Notes: generated from the letters alone by a model not told the origin. Positions 51,030-63,830 are shown, numbered from the stretch's first letter. The stretch: 64,000 nucleotides of DNA from Octopus sinensis (GCF_006345805.1 NC_043003.1:17546001-17610000), one strand, 5' to 3'. Numbers and translations are program-made.

Positions 51030-51692
51030 ATCATCATTATCATCAAGGTCATCCTGATTATTATTATTATCATTATTATTATTATTATTATTATCATCAT
51101 TATTATTATTATTATTATTCAGTAGTTTTATTTTTATAGCGCGCTTTCACTTCACTAACGAGCGCAGCTCTGTGTGCCTTGTGTATGTGCTGTGGTTTGT
51201 TATTTATCATTACTATTATTATTATTATTATTATTACTATTATTACTATTATTACTATTATTACTATTATTATTATTATCATTATTATTATTATTATTAT
51301 TATTATTTGAAAGTGGCAAGAATGGTGTGAGTGAATGGGCCTGCCCTGAGCACATGCCTGTAAAGGAAAGGAAAAGAGGTACCTGCTCCAAAAGTCAGGG
51401 TACCCATGGTTTTTTTTTTCCAAGAGCAGCCTTCGAACGAATGGCTCCCCCCCACCCCAATTGAGGATTACACATTGTTGAAGTTTTTGTTTTCTTTTGT
51501 TTGCTTCATTATGTTAATTTTGTTTACACGCAAACCCCTCACAACAACACTCACTCACACACATACACACACACACAAGCATTCTTTGTTTTGTCCCATT
51601 CATAATGATTTTCTTAATGTAAACTTTTTGTGGTTAATAAAGAAATCATGGCCAATAAAAATAGAATTGTTATCATTATTATCATTATCATT

Positions 51693-51738
<46 letters not shown>

Positions 51739-51892
51739 CTGCTGCTGCTGTTGTTGTTGTTGCTGCTGCTGCTGCTGCTGCTGTGTTGTTGTTGTTGTTG
51801 TTGTTGTTATTATTATTAGTAGTAGTAATAGTAGTAATAGTAGTAGTAGTAGTAGTAGTAGTAGTAGAAGCAGCAGCAGAAGCAGCAGCAGA

Positions 51893-51947
<55 letters not shown>

Positions 51948-51985
51948 ATTTGTTGTTATCAATAATATTTCTGCTATCATCATCA

Positions 51986-52020
<35 letters not shown>
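51030..52020. repeat. Compound (TTA)n/(GTT)n/(GCT)n/(GTA)n/(GCA)n microsatellites
   Basis: Seen directly in the sequence. Confidence 0.9.
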
Positions 52021-52190
52021 TGTGATGCTGTTTTTATTGAAATAACTATTCATGCCCGGCAAGATTTATCGTTCTGCCATGTTTGCTTGTGTTAGAAGAC
52101 TTGGTAGTAATCTCTGGTTGCCATGACAGCTCTCTCACACAGAATAAAACAGGCTTTAGAAACAAACTGTCAGTTTCTGTTAACTTTTAC

Positions 52191-52231
<41 letters not shown>

Positions 52232-52555
52232 TCCCCTTCTCTCTCTTAGCCTAAACGAGGTAACTTAAACCCATAAATTCTCCAAGTCAGCAAGAATTTT
52301 TGTGAAAGTGATACTATCAAGTTTTGTAATAAAGATGCCTGTCAATCTTTACAGATTATAATAAATATCTTCAAGCCATAAAATAAACTAATACATTTAA
52401 GTATTGTGATGAAACAAATTATATGTGAGAATTTGGAGTTATTTTCTAAACCATTCTGTTGAAATTGTTTAATCCTTTCATTGTCTTATTTTCTGTTGAA
52501 ATACACTGCCTTAAAAATAATGAAGAATTTATTATAATAACTTTGTTGTTATTAA

Positions 52556-52994
52556 CCCTTTAGCATTCGGATTAATCTGTCAAATACAATTCTTATTCAT
52601 TCACATTTTGAATCAGTCATGCATTGATGTCAAAGCTTCAAGATTACCGGGATATGATTGTTTATTTTTAGAATGACATTGTAGGGTAGGTGTGAGAGGC
52701 CTGATCAGGTCAGTTTGAACATAAAGACAAATATGATGGGGTTTCTGAAAAGTTCCCTAGCTTTAAGGATATTGCAAAAGACCTGCTTGGAGGTCCAACC
52801 TTCCAAGTTGTTTTACAGGGCTTAGAAATGCTGAAGGACCACTGCAATGAGAGTGTGAATCTAAGAGGGAAATATGTTGAATAAAATCATAATTAACTGT
52901 TCCTCCTATATTTTCTTTTACCTAAAGCCAGGAAATTTTAGTACCCCATCATAGAATATTTGAGTTGGATATAGCTAGTTTAAATACTAAAAGT
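52556..52994. mobile_element. piggyBac-type MITE with a nested mariner-type MITE (52734-52951)
   Basis: TTAA|CCCTTTAGCATTC...AATACTAAAAGT|TTAA. The insert is TA|TGATGGGG...CCCCATCA|TA. An uninterrupted inverted relative lies at 63193-63383. Confidence 0.75.
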
Positions 52995-53085
52995 TTAAGC
53001 CGGTGTTTGGAATATAAATTAACAGCAAATTTTGATGTGAAGTTCTAATTTAGATAATTTTAAAACAGGAAATTTATAGTTCTAT

Positions 53086-53666
53086 ATTTGAGCGATGAGG
53101 AATTATGTACATTACTTACATTTGACAGATATTTGTCTCATCATGTTTGTTGTTAGCACAACGTTTCCGATGATATACCCTCCAGCCTTCATCAGGTGTT
53201 TGGGGAAAATTTCGAACCTGAATTCTCATTCCTAAGGTATTTTTCGATGTTATTATTATTATTATTATTATTATTATGGAGTGAGAGAGCAGTTCATGCC
53301 ATCAAAATGACACTGGGGTAAAATATACGAAGCCCAATATACCCATCATGACTACCCGTCTGATAAGGGTACACCAGGCACATGCATCACAACCATATGT
53401 GCGCGACATGGTGATCTCATAAAAAGACATGGCTATGATGCTCCCCCACTACTTCTGCTCATGATCAGAGATGCACTTATCGTCAGCCACTAAAGGACAT
53501 GCTCAACTGGTTAAAGTCAAACAACTGACAAGCAAATCTGTGGTATTGAGCAGAATATTTGCTGTAGCCCATCTTTTATACCAAGACAAAACAATGTACA
53601 TGATAACACTTCCAATCAGTTAAGATCAGAAGCCATGAGAGACACTGCTTGGTACTGCATCAGGGC

Positions 53667-53737
<71 letters not shown>

Positions 53738-53800
53738 TCACTGACTGGAATTGAACTTGAAATCTAGGACTCTTAACCACTATGCCATAGGCCCATGAGA
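53086..53800 (-). mobile_element. tRNA-head SINE with (AAT)n linker and hammerhead-bearing 3' body, interrupted by another repeat (~53279-53670)
   Basis: Minus strand: tggcatagtggttaagag...aagttcaattcc...cagtgacctg(aat)n aacatcgaaa...CTGATGA...GAAAC. Confidence 0.7.
53157..53198 (-). ncRNA. Type I minimal hammerhead ribozyme motif inside a SINE
   Basis: CAC CTGATGA A GGCTG gagggtatat CATCG GAA AC GT T GTG; canonical core, stem I CAC/GTG, palindromic ACGT stem III; stem II has two mismatches in this copy. Confidence 0.7.
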
Positions 53801-53896
53801 AATTTATAGTATAGAACCAAGGGGGGTCTTGAGTAAGTTGGTTTCAAAAGAGTTGACCCATGGCTGATTATAATGGTGGTGCATAAAATCATATTT

Positions 53897-54008
53897 TTGT
53901 AAATTATATTTGAGTAAATTATATTTTAGTAAATTACATTTTGTAAATTATATTTTGGTTAATTATATTTAATAAATTATATTTGAATAAATTATATTTT
54001 GCTAAATT
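53897..54008. repeat. ~15-bp tandem repeat (gtaaattatattttt-like, ~8 units)
   Basis: Seen directly in the sequence. Confidence 0.85.
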
Positions 54009-54877
54009 AGATTATGTCTTTTCATTATTGGAATATGTCTTTTATCTTTGTTTTTTCACTTGTTTCAGGCATTAGACTGGCCAAGCTGGAGCATTGCCTT
54101 GAAGGGTTGTTTGTTGAATGGATCGACCCAGTACTTGTCTTCTTTTTAAGCCCAGTATTTATTCTATCAATCACTTTTGTCAATTAGCTAAGTTACACCA
54201 ACACCGGTTGTTAAGTGGTGGTGGGTCACCAAACACAGCCACAAAGACACACACACACCACACACACACACACAAAGCAAGCAAAATTCATATACATATT
54301 ATATGATGGGCTTCTTTCAGTTTCTGCCTACCAAATCAACTCACAAGGTTTTAATCAGCCTGAGGCTGTACAAGAAGACATTTGCCCAAGGTGCCAAACA
54401 GTGGGACTGAACCCAGAAGCACATGACTGGAAAGCAAACTTCTTACCAAACAGCCACGCTTGTAAACAATATCTTTAACCATTTAGATGAAATAAATCTT
54501 TTTTATAAATTTTGCCACGTTTGTTAAGACACTTTTCCATGTACTCAGGTTACTTGAAATAAAATTTTTCTGTTTCTGGAATTCTGGGAGAATTTACCGG
54601 AATGCTATTCACCATTGACTTCTTCCAAAGGTCATCTCTCAAGAAATGTGAAAAATCTTCCATACTGCCTTCCTGTTATAAATCTTAGAGATTCACAGCT
54701 GGCAGAGATGAAGTTGAAAGGCAGTTTGTTGATACGAAGTTCAAGGTAGGTAAAGTTCATATGATAGAAATGATGGTGAGTGGAATGTAAAGAATTTTGC
54801 TGTTGCCCTGTGAGTAAGGAAATGATGGAAAAGCGATATGGTAGAATTTCGGCCAAAAAAAATAGATATACTTTTTC

Positions 54878-55140
54878 TTTTCTTTTATTTATTTCAGTCA
54901 TTTGACTGCGGCTATGCTGGAGCACCGCCTTTAGTCAAGCAAATCTACTCCAGGACTTATTCTTTGTAAGCCTAGTACTTATTCTATCAGTCTCTCTCTT
55001 AGCGGTTCAGCAAAAGAGATCAATAGAATAAGTACTAGGCTTACAAAGAATAAGTTCTGGGTTCGATTTGCTTGACTAAAGGTGGTGCTCCAGCATGGCC
55101 ACAGTCAAATGATTGAAACAAGTAAAAGAGTAAAAGAGTA
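54878..55140. mobile_element. Two SINE A 3' halves fused head-to-head
   Basis: A minus-strand 3' half (to ~54996) is joined directly to a plus-strand 3' half (from ~55000). Confidence 0.85.
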
Positions 55141-55874
55141 TAAGACTGATATTCCTTTTAAATCTCATTTTCTATCAATAGAACATGATATATATATATA
55201 TATAGCAACTGCTAGATATCTCTGACCGAATTTATTCAATGGTGATTCTGTCACTATCGATCGTGTGAGTCTTGGACAATTAAAACATTGATATCTTTTG
55301 AATGTACACTAATACTATTTTTAATATTGTTGATTGAATGATATGGAAATCAAATATCATTGGCAATCCTTTTTTATTATCCTTGGTGGAATAATGCGTA
55401 CCTTTGTATGATATGAATTACAATAAATGGTTGCGTTATGCGTTGAAAACATCATATCAATAATAGGTAACATGGCAGAGGTTTTACAATCCTTTAAAAA
55501 ATTACTTTACTCTCTCTTTCTTTCTGTGTGTGTCTGAGTGTGCGTGCCTGTGTGTGTGTATGTGTGTGCGTATGCCTGTGTGTGTGTGTGTGTGTGTGTG
55601 TGTATCTCTCTCTCTCTCTCTCTTTTTTCCCATCAAAGAATCATTGACCAAAACGCAAAATGTAAGATACACTTTACCTTCAGCAGAACTAGAAGCTAAT
55701 TTTTATCTTTTGTTTGTTTTAGTCATTGGATTGCAACCATGCTAAGGGTTTAGTCAAAGGAATCGATCCCCAATACTTATTTCTAAGTCTAGAACTTAAT
55801 TATATTGGTCTCTTTTGCCAACTGCTAAGTTATGGCAAACTCACACATATGTACAATAGGCACCCACTTACTCA

Positions 55875-56280
55875 TTTACTCTTTTACTTGTTTCAGTCAT
55901 TTGACTGTGGCCATGCTGGAGTACCACCTTTAGTCGAGCTAATCAACCCCAGGACTTATTCTTTGTAAGATTAGTACTTACTCAATCGGTCTCTTTTGCC
56001 GAACTGCTAAGATACGGGGATGTAAACACACCAGCATCAGTTGTCAAGCAATGTTGGGGGGGGACAACCACAAACACACAAACATATATACACATACACA
56101 TATATACATATATACGACGGCCTTCTTTCTGTTTACGTCTACCAAATCTACTCACAAGGCTTTGGTCAATCCGAGGCTATAGTAGAAGACACTTGCCTAA
56201 GGTGCCACACTGTGGGACTGAACCCGGAACCATATGGTTGATAAGCAAGCTGCTTACCACACAGCCACTCCTGCACCACT
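55875..56280 (-). mobile_element. SINE family A copy
   Basis: Full head and tail. Confidence 0.85.
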
Positions 56281-56785
56281 TGGTTACTATCTTCCAAATT
56301 CACATGGCATTGTTGAACCCAGGCTGTAGTAAAAGACACTTACCCAAGGTACCACACAGTGGGGACTGAACCCAGGACCATTAGGGTTAGGGTTGGGAAT
56401 CAAGCTTCTTAACCACTAATCTATGCCTACACCAGCATTTATATGCCACACACGTTTTTGGTAATATTTCTTTCGCGCATGGCATTATTACTGCTGATAC
56501 ATATTTTAATCTGGTCAACTGGATTATGTTCAATTCCAGATTATACAGGATAAATTATTAAGCTAGATTATTAAGCTAGATTGGTTGGAATAAAACCGTT
56601 GCTGTTCTTTCGCATACATTGTGGTTTTTGTGTATCACAGCACAGTATTTGCAGATAGCAAGCTTGTTGCTGTTGTTGTCATCATTCCAGGTCAGACCGG
56701 ACTGAACAGATTTGAGATAAAAAATATTTCAATCTTAATTAGATTAGTTTTCTTTTTCCTGTATGGTGTTTCCAGAACTATATTG

Positions 56786-57200
56786 TCTAGTGGCTGTGTG
56801 GTAAGTAGCTTGCTTACCAGCCACATGATTCTGCGTTCAGTCCCACTGCGTGGTAACTCGGGTAAGTGTCTTCTACTATAGCCTCGGGCCAACCAAAGCC
56901 TTGTGAGTCGATTTGGTAGATGGAAACTGAAAGAAACCCGTCGTATATATGTATATGTATATATACATATATATGTATGTGTGTGTTTGTGTCTGTGTTT
57001 GTCACCCCCAACATCACTTGACAACCGAAGTTGGTGTGTTTACATCCCCATAACTTAGTGGTTCGGCAAAAGAGACCAATAGAATAAGTGCTAGGCTTAC
57101 AAAGAATTAGTCCTGTGGTTGATTTCCTTGACTAAAGGCGGTGCTCCAGCATGGCTGCAGTCAATTGACTGAAACAAGTAAAAGAGAGAGTAGTAAAAGA
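56786..57200 (+). mobile_element. SINE family A copy
   Basis: Head and (gtaaaaga)n tail. Confidence 0.85.
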
Positions 57201-57685
57201 GTATATATATGCCACAATCGGACATCTAACCCGCTAGAACGAGTAGTTACAATCCAAACCACAATTATGGGTAATTTTGAAAGGGAATGAAAAATAAAAA
57301 CATTTACCACCTATTTCCTGGACCATGGTTTCAAGTTATCTTCAGCAAATAAAATAATTTGCTAGGTAAAGCTCTCATCAGCAGGAAAGCCAAAAATTAA
57401 CATTTAAGCCCGAGGCAATACAGAACATGCCTCGTGCTTACATGTTATAATGCTTCAAATCCACTGCACAAGTGCAGTTTTTTATCAGCAGCAAATAGAA
57501 ATAATGCCAATTTTCTTTCAAAATTAGCCAAAAAATTATCATTGATAAATGTCAGAGTAGTAAAATATTATTTAGAAATCTTTTACCACCGTAGCCTAAG
57601 GGGAAAGAAAAACTAGTCAATAGACTATATATTTTTCATATATATACAGTGTAACATTAAACACATGTGGTATGTATATACATAT

Positions 57686-57735
<50 letters not shown>

Positions 57736-57737
57736 TA

Positions 57738-57782
<45 letters not shown>

Positions 57783-57784
<2 letters not shown>

Positions 57785-60520
57785 GGACGTTTCTAAGGGA
57801 CAACCTGCTGAGAGCCACTGACCAGATCTGTGGCTGGTGCAAAGTCCCCTCTCGACCTAGAATAACGTGGTGGTGGAACAATATTGTAGACAGGGCTATT
57901 AGAGAAAAGAGACAGGCTTGGAAGGTCTGGAAAAATGGGGGTAGCAGGGATTGTATCAGACTGCCAAAAGAGAAGCTAGGAGACAGGTTTATTTAGCCAG
58001 AGGGGAAGCAGATAAGAAAAATTTGCCAATGTTCTGCGCCGTGAGGACCAAAGACTGGAGGTGTTTCGTGTTGCAAGACAGTGTGTGAGAGAGAATCGTG
58101 ATGTGGTAGGAGAGAAGTGTGTTCGCATGGAAGATGGTTCACTTGCGCTAAATGAGGATGCAAAGAGAGAGGTTTGGAGATGCCACTATGAAAGGTTGCT
58201 GAATGAAGAAAATGAATGGGATAAAAGAGTCTGCCGAATGTTGACCCAACAGAGGGACCAGCTATCCGAGTTGATAGTTCTGTGGTAGCTAAGGCAATTA
58301 GAAGCATGAAGACAGGGAAAGCCCCAGGCCCATCAGGAATCACTGCAGAGATGCTCAAAATGTCTGGTAGTGTCGGCTATAGCCTAGTCACCCGTATAGT
58401 TAATCAGGTGATACACAAAGGGGTCATACCCAATGACTGGTGTAGCAGTATAATAGTCAACTGCTACAAAGGTAAAGGTGATGCCCTAGATACAAATAAC
58501 TACAGAGGTATCAAGCTGTTGGACCAGGTGATGAAGGTTACAGAGAGGGTCATAGCCCAACTAATTAGAGAGAGAGTTAGTTTAGATGAGATGCAGTTTG
58601 GGTTTGTGCCAGGGAAAAGTACTACTGATGCTATATTCCTGGTAAGGCAGCTGCAGGAGAAATACCTAGCCAAAGATAAGCCCCTGTACCTGGCTTTTGT
58701 TGACATGGAGAAAGCCTTCGACAGGGTCCCCCGATCCCTTATCTGGTGGGCAATGAGAAAACTAGGGATAGATGAATGGTTAGTGAGAGCTGTGCGGGCC
58801 ATGTATAGGGACGCCGCTAGTAGGGTGAGGGTTGAAATGAGTACAGTGAAGAATTCCGGGTAGAGGTAGGGGTCCACCAAGGCTCAGTACTCAGCCCCCT
58901 CCTATTTATCATAGTCCTCCAGGCAATAACGGAGGAATTCAAGACAGGATGCCTTGGGAGCTCCTCTATGCTGATGACCTTGCTCTAATTGCTGAGTCGC
59001 TATCAGAACTGGAGGAGAAGTTTCAGGTGTGGAAACAAGGATTAGAATCGAAGGGCCTCAGAGTCAATCTAGCTAAAACCAAAGTCGTAATCAGTAGGAA
59101 GGTAGACAAATCACAAACACCTTCAGGTAGATGGCCCTGCTCGATCTGTAGAAAAGTGTAGGTAGAAACTCTATAAGATGCACCAAGTGTAAGCTATGGA
59201 CACATAAGAGATGCAGCAATGTCAAAGGAAGGCTAACTAGGAAGATGGTTTTTGTATGTGGCAGATGCTCAGGAACAATAAACACTGAAAATGCTCTGAG
59301 ACCAACTTCCGTCACTTTCCAGGGAGAAAAACTAGAAATAGTTGATAGTTTCCGTTACCTAGGTGACCAAGTCAGCAGCGGGGGCGGGTGTGCTGAAAGT
59401 GTAACTGCTAGAGTAAGAATAGCTTGGGCAAAGTTCAGAGAGCTCTTACCTCTGCTGTGACAAAAGGCCTCTCGCACAGAGTGAAAGGCAGACTGTATGA
59501 TGCGTGTGTACGAACAGCCATGCTACATGGCAGTGAAACATGGGCCGTGACTGCTGAGGATATGCGTAAGCTCGCTAGAAATGAAGCCAGTATGCTCGAT
59601 GGATGTGTAATGCGGTACTCACACTCGGCAGAGTGTAAGTACCTTGAGAGAAAAGCTGGACCTAAGAAGCATCAGTTGTGGTGTGCAAGAGAGACGTTTG
59701 CGCTGGTATGGTCATGTGGCGAGAATGGATGAAGATAGTTGTGTGAAAAAGTGCCACACCCTAGCGGTTGAGGGAACCTGTGGAAGAGGCAGACCCAGGA
59801 AAACCTGGGACGAGGTGGTGAAGCACGACCTTCGAACTTTAGGTCTCACTGAGGAAATGACTAGAGACCGAGACCTCTGGAAGTGTGCTGTGCGCGAGAA
59901 GACCCGGCAGGACAAGTGAGTCCACAACCCGTGGCCTTCTACAATGGATGGAGCCAGCCTACGTATGCATACCTTCCCTTCTTGGGACACAAAACTCTAC
60001 TTGTGAAGACGTGTTGAGGCAAGTGAGGATCAGAATCGAAATCGATCAATGGAAATTGCGGATGTGCTACCAGTGCCGGTGGCATGTCGAAACTCTGCTT
60101 GTGAAGACCCATTGAGGCAAGTGAGGATCAGAATCGAAATCGATCAATGGAAATTGCAGATGTGTTACCAGTGCCGGTGGCATGTAAGAGAACTTTCCGT
60201 TTCGCGACCGTTGCCAGCACCGCCCCGTTTCGTGTCCGTTGCCAGCCTCGCCTGGCCCTCGTGCCGGTGGCACATAAAAAGCACCATCCGTTCGTGGCCG
60301 TTTGCCAGCTCTGTCTGGCACCAGTGCGGGTGGCACGTAAAAAGCACCCACTACACTCACGGAGTGGTTGGCGTTAGGAAGGGCATCCAGCCGTAGAAAC
60401 ACTGCCAGATTTGACTGGGCCTGATGAAGCCTTCTGGCTTCACAGACCCCAGTAGAACCGTCCAACCCATGCTAGCATGGAAAACGGACGCTAAATGATG
60501 ATGATGATGATGATGATATA
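57783..60520 (+). mobile_element. 5'-truncated, frameshifted RTE-clade LINE with PHD-like finger and complete 3' UTR
   Basis: WWWN, KAPGPSGI..EML, YKGKGD, NYRGIKLL, QFGFVPGKSTTDAIF, FVDMEKAFDRVPR, GVHQGSVLSPLLF, LLYADDL, FRYLG, LRWYGHV.RM, GRPRKTW; stop at 59919; UTR contains a 98-bp tandem duplication and ends in (ATG)n. Confidence 0.95.
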
Positions 60521-60817
60521 TATGCATATATATGGCCCAGTGGTTAGGGCAGCGGACTGCGGTCGGAGGATCGCGGTTTCGATTCCCAGACCGGGCGTTG
60601 TTTGTGTTTATTGAGCGGAAACCCAAAAAGCTCCACAGGCTCCGCAGGGGATGGTGGTGACCCTGCTGTACGCTTTCCATCACCACTCTAAAAGGCGGTG
60701 CTCCAGCATGGCCGCAGTCAAATGACTGAAACAAGTACAAAAAAAAAAAAAAAAAAATATATATATGCAATATATATATGCATATATATGCATAGATATA
60801 TGTGGTGTGTGTGTGTT

Positions 60818-60964
60818 AAGTATATTTGCCATCTAAATATAGCTAACCACTAAGGGTGGATGTTACTGTAGCTTGTAGCCCCAGGAGAACATCTTCTCCT
60901 GGGGCTACAGCTACAGTAACATCCACCCTTAGTGGTTAGCCATATTTAGATGGCAAACATACTT
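60818..60964. repeat. Near-perfect fold-back palindrome, ~72-bp arms
   Basis: Centre CCAGGAGAA catc TTCTCCTGG. Confidence 0.9.
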
Positions 60965-62465
60965 CACATTGTCATGCAGTTTCTGTTTATACTTCGTTCA
61001 GAGATTTATTATATATATATATATATATATATATGATTAGTTCTTTAGCCCTTTTACATTCAGATTACTTTGTTAAATGTATTGCTTGTTTATTCACATT
61101 GTTTGGAATTAATCATGCATTATGTCATAGCTTTGAAATTTTGATGATATGAGTGCAATAATCAAAATTGCAGAGTAATTTCAATGCCAAAGTGTTAGCA
61201 GAAACATGGTAAGAAAAGTGTTAAACTGATGAAAGAAGACAATTCTACAATTGGATGTGCCATTTGTTTTACATGGATAACTTTTCCAGAAAAGAGCTTA
61301 GTACAGCAGTTTTCAATAAATAGCTGGGTAAACTATATTTTATTAAAGTCTATTGTTGAGGGAGACTTCAAAATGCTTACATTAGATTTAGAATCCCTAT
61401 CTTTGAATTAGTAGTGTAAATCTTTATCCAGACCATTTTTTTTCCCCAACTACAGCTTAACAAATATTTTCTTTTCTATTTAATAAATATGTTTTGCCTA
61501 TACAAAAATCCAAAGTGCGCCATTTTTATTTAGTGGAAAGACGTCTTATCTTTGACATAACACAACACAAAAGGATTATATTTCTTAACTAATGGCAATA
61601 GACAATTCTGCCTGTAAAAGATTTTTCCCAGAAAGCAAAGTAAGTGTTCTTGAATAGCAAATAAAACTGATTATCTGATTAAATGTGGCAAATACTGAAA
61701 GCTAAATTTGAAGGGAGGAAAATATTTCACTTTCTTGTTTCCTTACTTGCTTATTCCTTCTTGTTCCCCTTCTCTCTGTCTCTGTCTGTCTGTCTACTCC
61801 CCTCTCTCTCTCTCTCTCTATCTCCATCTCTGTCTCTGTCTGTCTGTCTGTCTACTCCCCCCTCTCTCTCTCTCTCTCTCTCTGTTCTTCATTTTCATTT
61901 ACTATGCTTGTCATTCTTTCATTCTTTATCTGTTCATTAGCTTTGCACTTTACCAAACTCCCTTGCGTTTATACATTATTTCCCCTCCTACCCACACAAT
62001 CTTCTCTCTTCTCATTTTCCACCTTTCTCTTTCTTGTTGTATTGTCAACAAACAACACAGATTAATAACTTCAAAATCAACCATAATTTTGCTTCTTGAA
62101 ATCAAAATTCATTTTCTCCAAGTGAGAATGGACGAGACAGCTTTTATCTTTTTTTTTAAAAAGCAAACAAAATAAAACAAAAAGAAAGAGAGGGAAAGAA
62201 ATAAAACAAAAATTTTAAACTATTATGTACACTAGTATGTTGAACTGATTCAAGTAGCATACAGGTATTTATTTCCTTACTCTTGAAGACATTATGAGGA
62301 TAAATTATAGTTCTAAAACCATTAACCTTCACTTGGCTGAGTTGAATCCACCAAAGGGTTGATAGTCTGTAGACTGCCACCAGCTCTATGTTATATTATC
62401 ATCACTAACACATCATTACCAATACAGCATAACTAATATATTATTACTAATAGATACCCAAACTA

Positions 62466-63031
62466 TTGGGTTGTCCGGAAAGTTCGTGCCGATTTTTAAA
62501 GGAAAGAAAAAGGTCAATAAATACTTGCCATTACATTTTTAATCAACCAAATATGAACCATTTTGTTGCACAATCCGTCTCCATCTTTCCTTTAACTTGA
62601 AAATACCCTCTTCCCAGAATTGAGGTGGTTTCATGGCAAAGAATTCATCAAGGTATCTTTTTACGTCATCCAAAGAATTGAAATTTTTACCATTAAGACT
62701 ATTCTGCAGAGACCTGAATAAGTGGAAATCCGAAGGAGCAATATCTGGTGGATATGGAGGGTGGGGTAACACATCCCAGCCGAGCTGCAGCAATTTTTGT
62801 CTGGTTCCCAAAGCATCAAGTGCCGAAAATGAACTTTCTTATCTTCCATTTTAAAGGGTTACAGAATTAACAAAGGTTATAGGAACATAAACCTTCTTCC
62901 ATGAAAAGATAGCTTAAACTGTGCTCTAAATGGAGGTGTAGTCAAATCCTATTTTATGGACTCAACCATGTTCTAAAATAAATCGAAAGGTAACCTACTA
63001 TAAATCGGCATGAACTTTCCAGACAACCCAA
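62466..63031 (-). mobile_element. Non-autonomous mariner, second copy of the 566-bp deletion derivative
   Basis: Same TIRs, TA TSD, same length and same deletion junction; HPPYPPDIAPSDFHLFRSLQN motif. Confidence 0.92.
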
Positions 63032-63192
63032 TAAAACAGAGTGAGCCATCCTCCAACAACAAAAAATTACTGAAATTTTTGGTTCTTTCTTTGTGGCCCC
63101 CTCCAATTAATAAGGAAATGAAATAATAGAGTTTGCATCCATAAAGATTTTTCTTTCTTCACCATGGTCTTGAACAAGTTTGAGAAGTTTAA

Positions 63193-63383
63193 TCTTTTAG
63201 CATTTAAACTGACCATATCTGGCCTAACTATTCTACTTGTCTTATGCTCAAACCAGCCAGACCTTGCCTCTCACATCTACCCTAGAATGCTATTCTAAAA
63301 GTAACCATTCATATCATCGAAATCTCAAGACAATGTGAATAAATAAGTATTACATTTGCCAGAGTAATCTGAATGCTAAAGAG
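63193..63383. mobile_element. piggyBac-type MITE
   Basis: TTAA flanks at 63189-63192 and 63384-63387; termini TCTTTTAGCATT / AATGCTAAAGAG. Confidence 0.7.
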
Positions 63384-63537
63384 TTAAGACCATCTTGATT
63401 TAATTAACTATGACAATTAGCCTGACAGTTTTTTCAGTTCTAACAGCAGCACAGCCACCCTATGAGAAACACTGACAACTCCGACTGGTTAAATTAAGCT
63501 GTCAATAAACTAGATAAGGAGAATGTATATTTAATTT

Positions 63538-63830
63538 ATGGTGACACATGGCCTAGTGGTTAGAGCAGCAGACTCACGGTCAAGGAATTGTGGGTTCGAA
63601 TCTCAGACTGGGCGATGTGTGTGTTTATGAGCAAAATACCTAAGCTCCACGTGGCTCTGGCAGAAGGTAATGGTGAAATTCTGCTGACTCTTTTGCCACA
63701 ACTTTCTCTCACTCTTTCTTCCTGCATCTTGCAGCTCACCTGTGATGGACCATCGTCCCGTCCAGGTGGGGAACCTATATGCCAAGGAAACGAGCCCTCA
63801 TGAGCCAGGCATGTTCAAGAATGAACAAAC
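63538..63830 (+). mobile_element. SINE family B copy
   Basis: Homologous to 4606-4907. Confidence 0.85.

Noticed and set aside
53897-54008. CRISPR-like array
   Set aside because: Head-to-tail 15-bp AT-rich minisatellite without spacers, in a eukaryotic context with no cas genes.
54632-54925. 97-aa minus-strand ORF
   Set aside because: Starts inside a SINE tail; the remainder has no recognisable domain.
60421-60450. CTGATGA in the RTE 3' UTR as a hammerhead core
   Set aside because: No GAAA after the hairpin, and other copies read GGTGCAGCC at this position.
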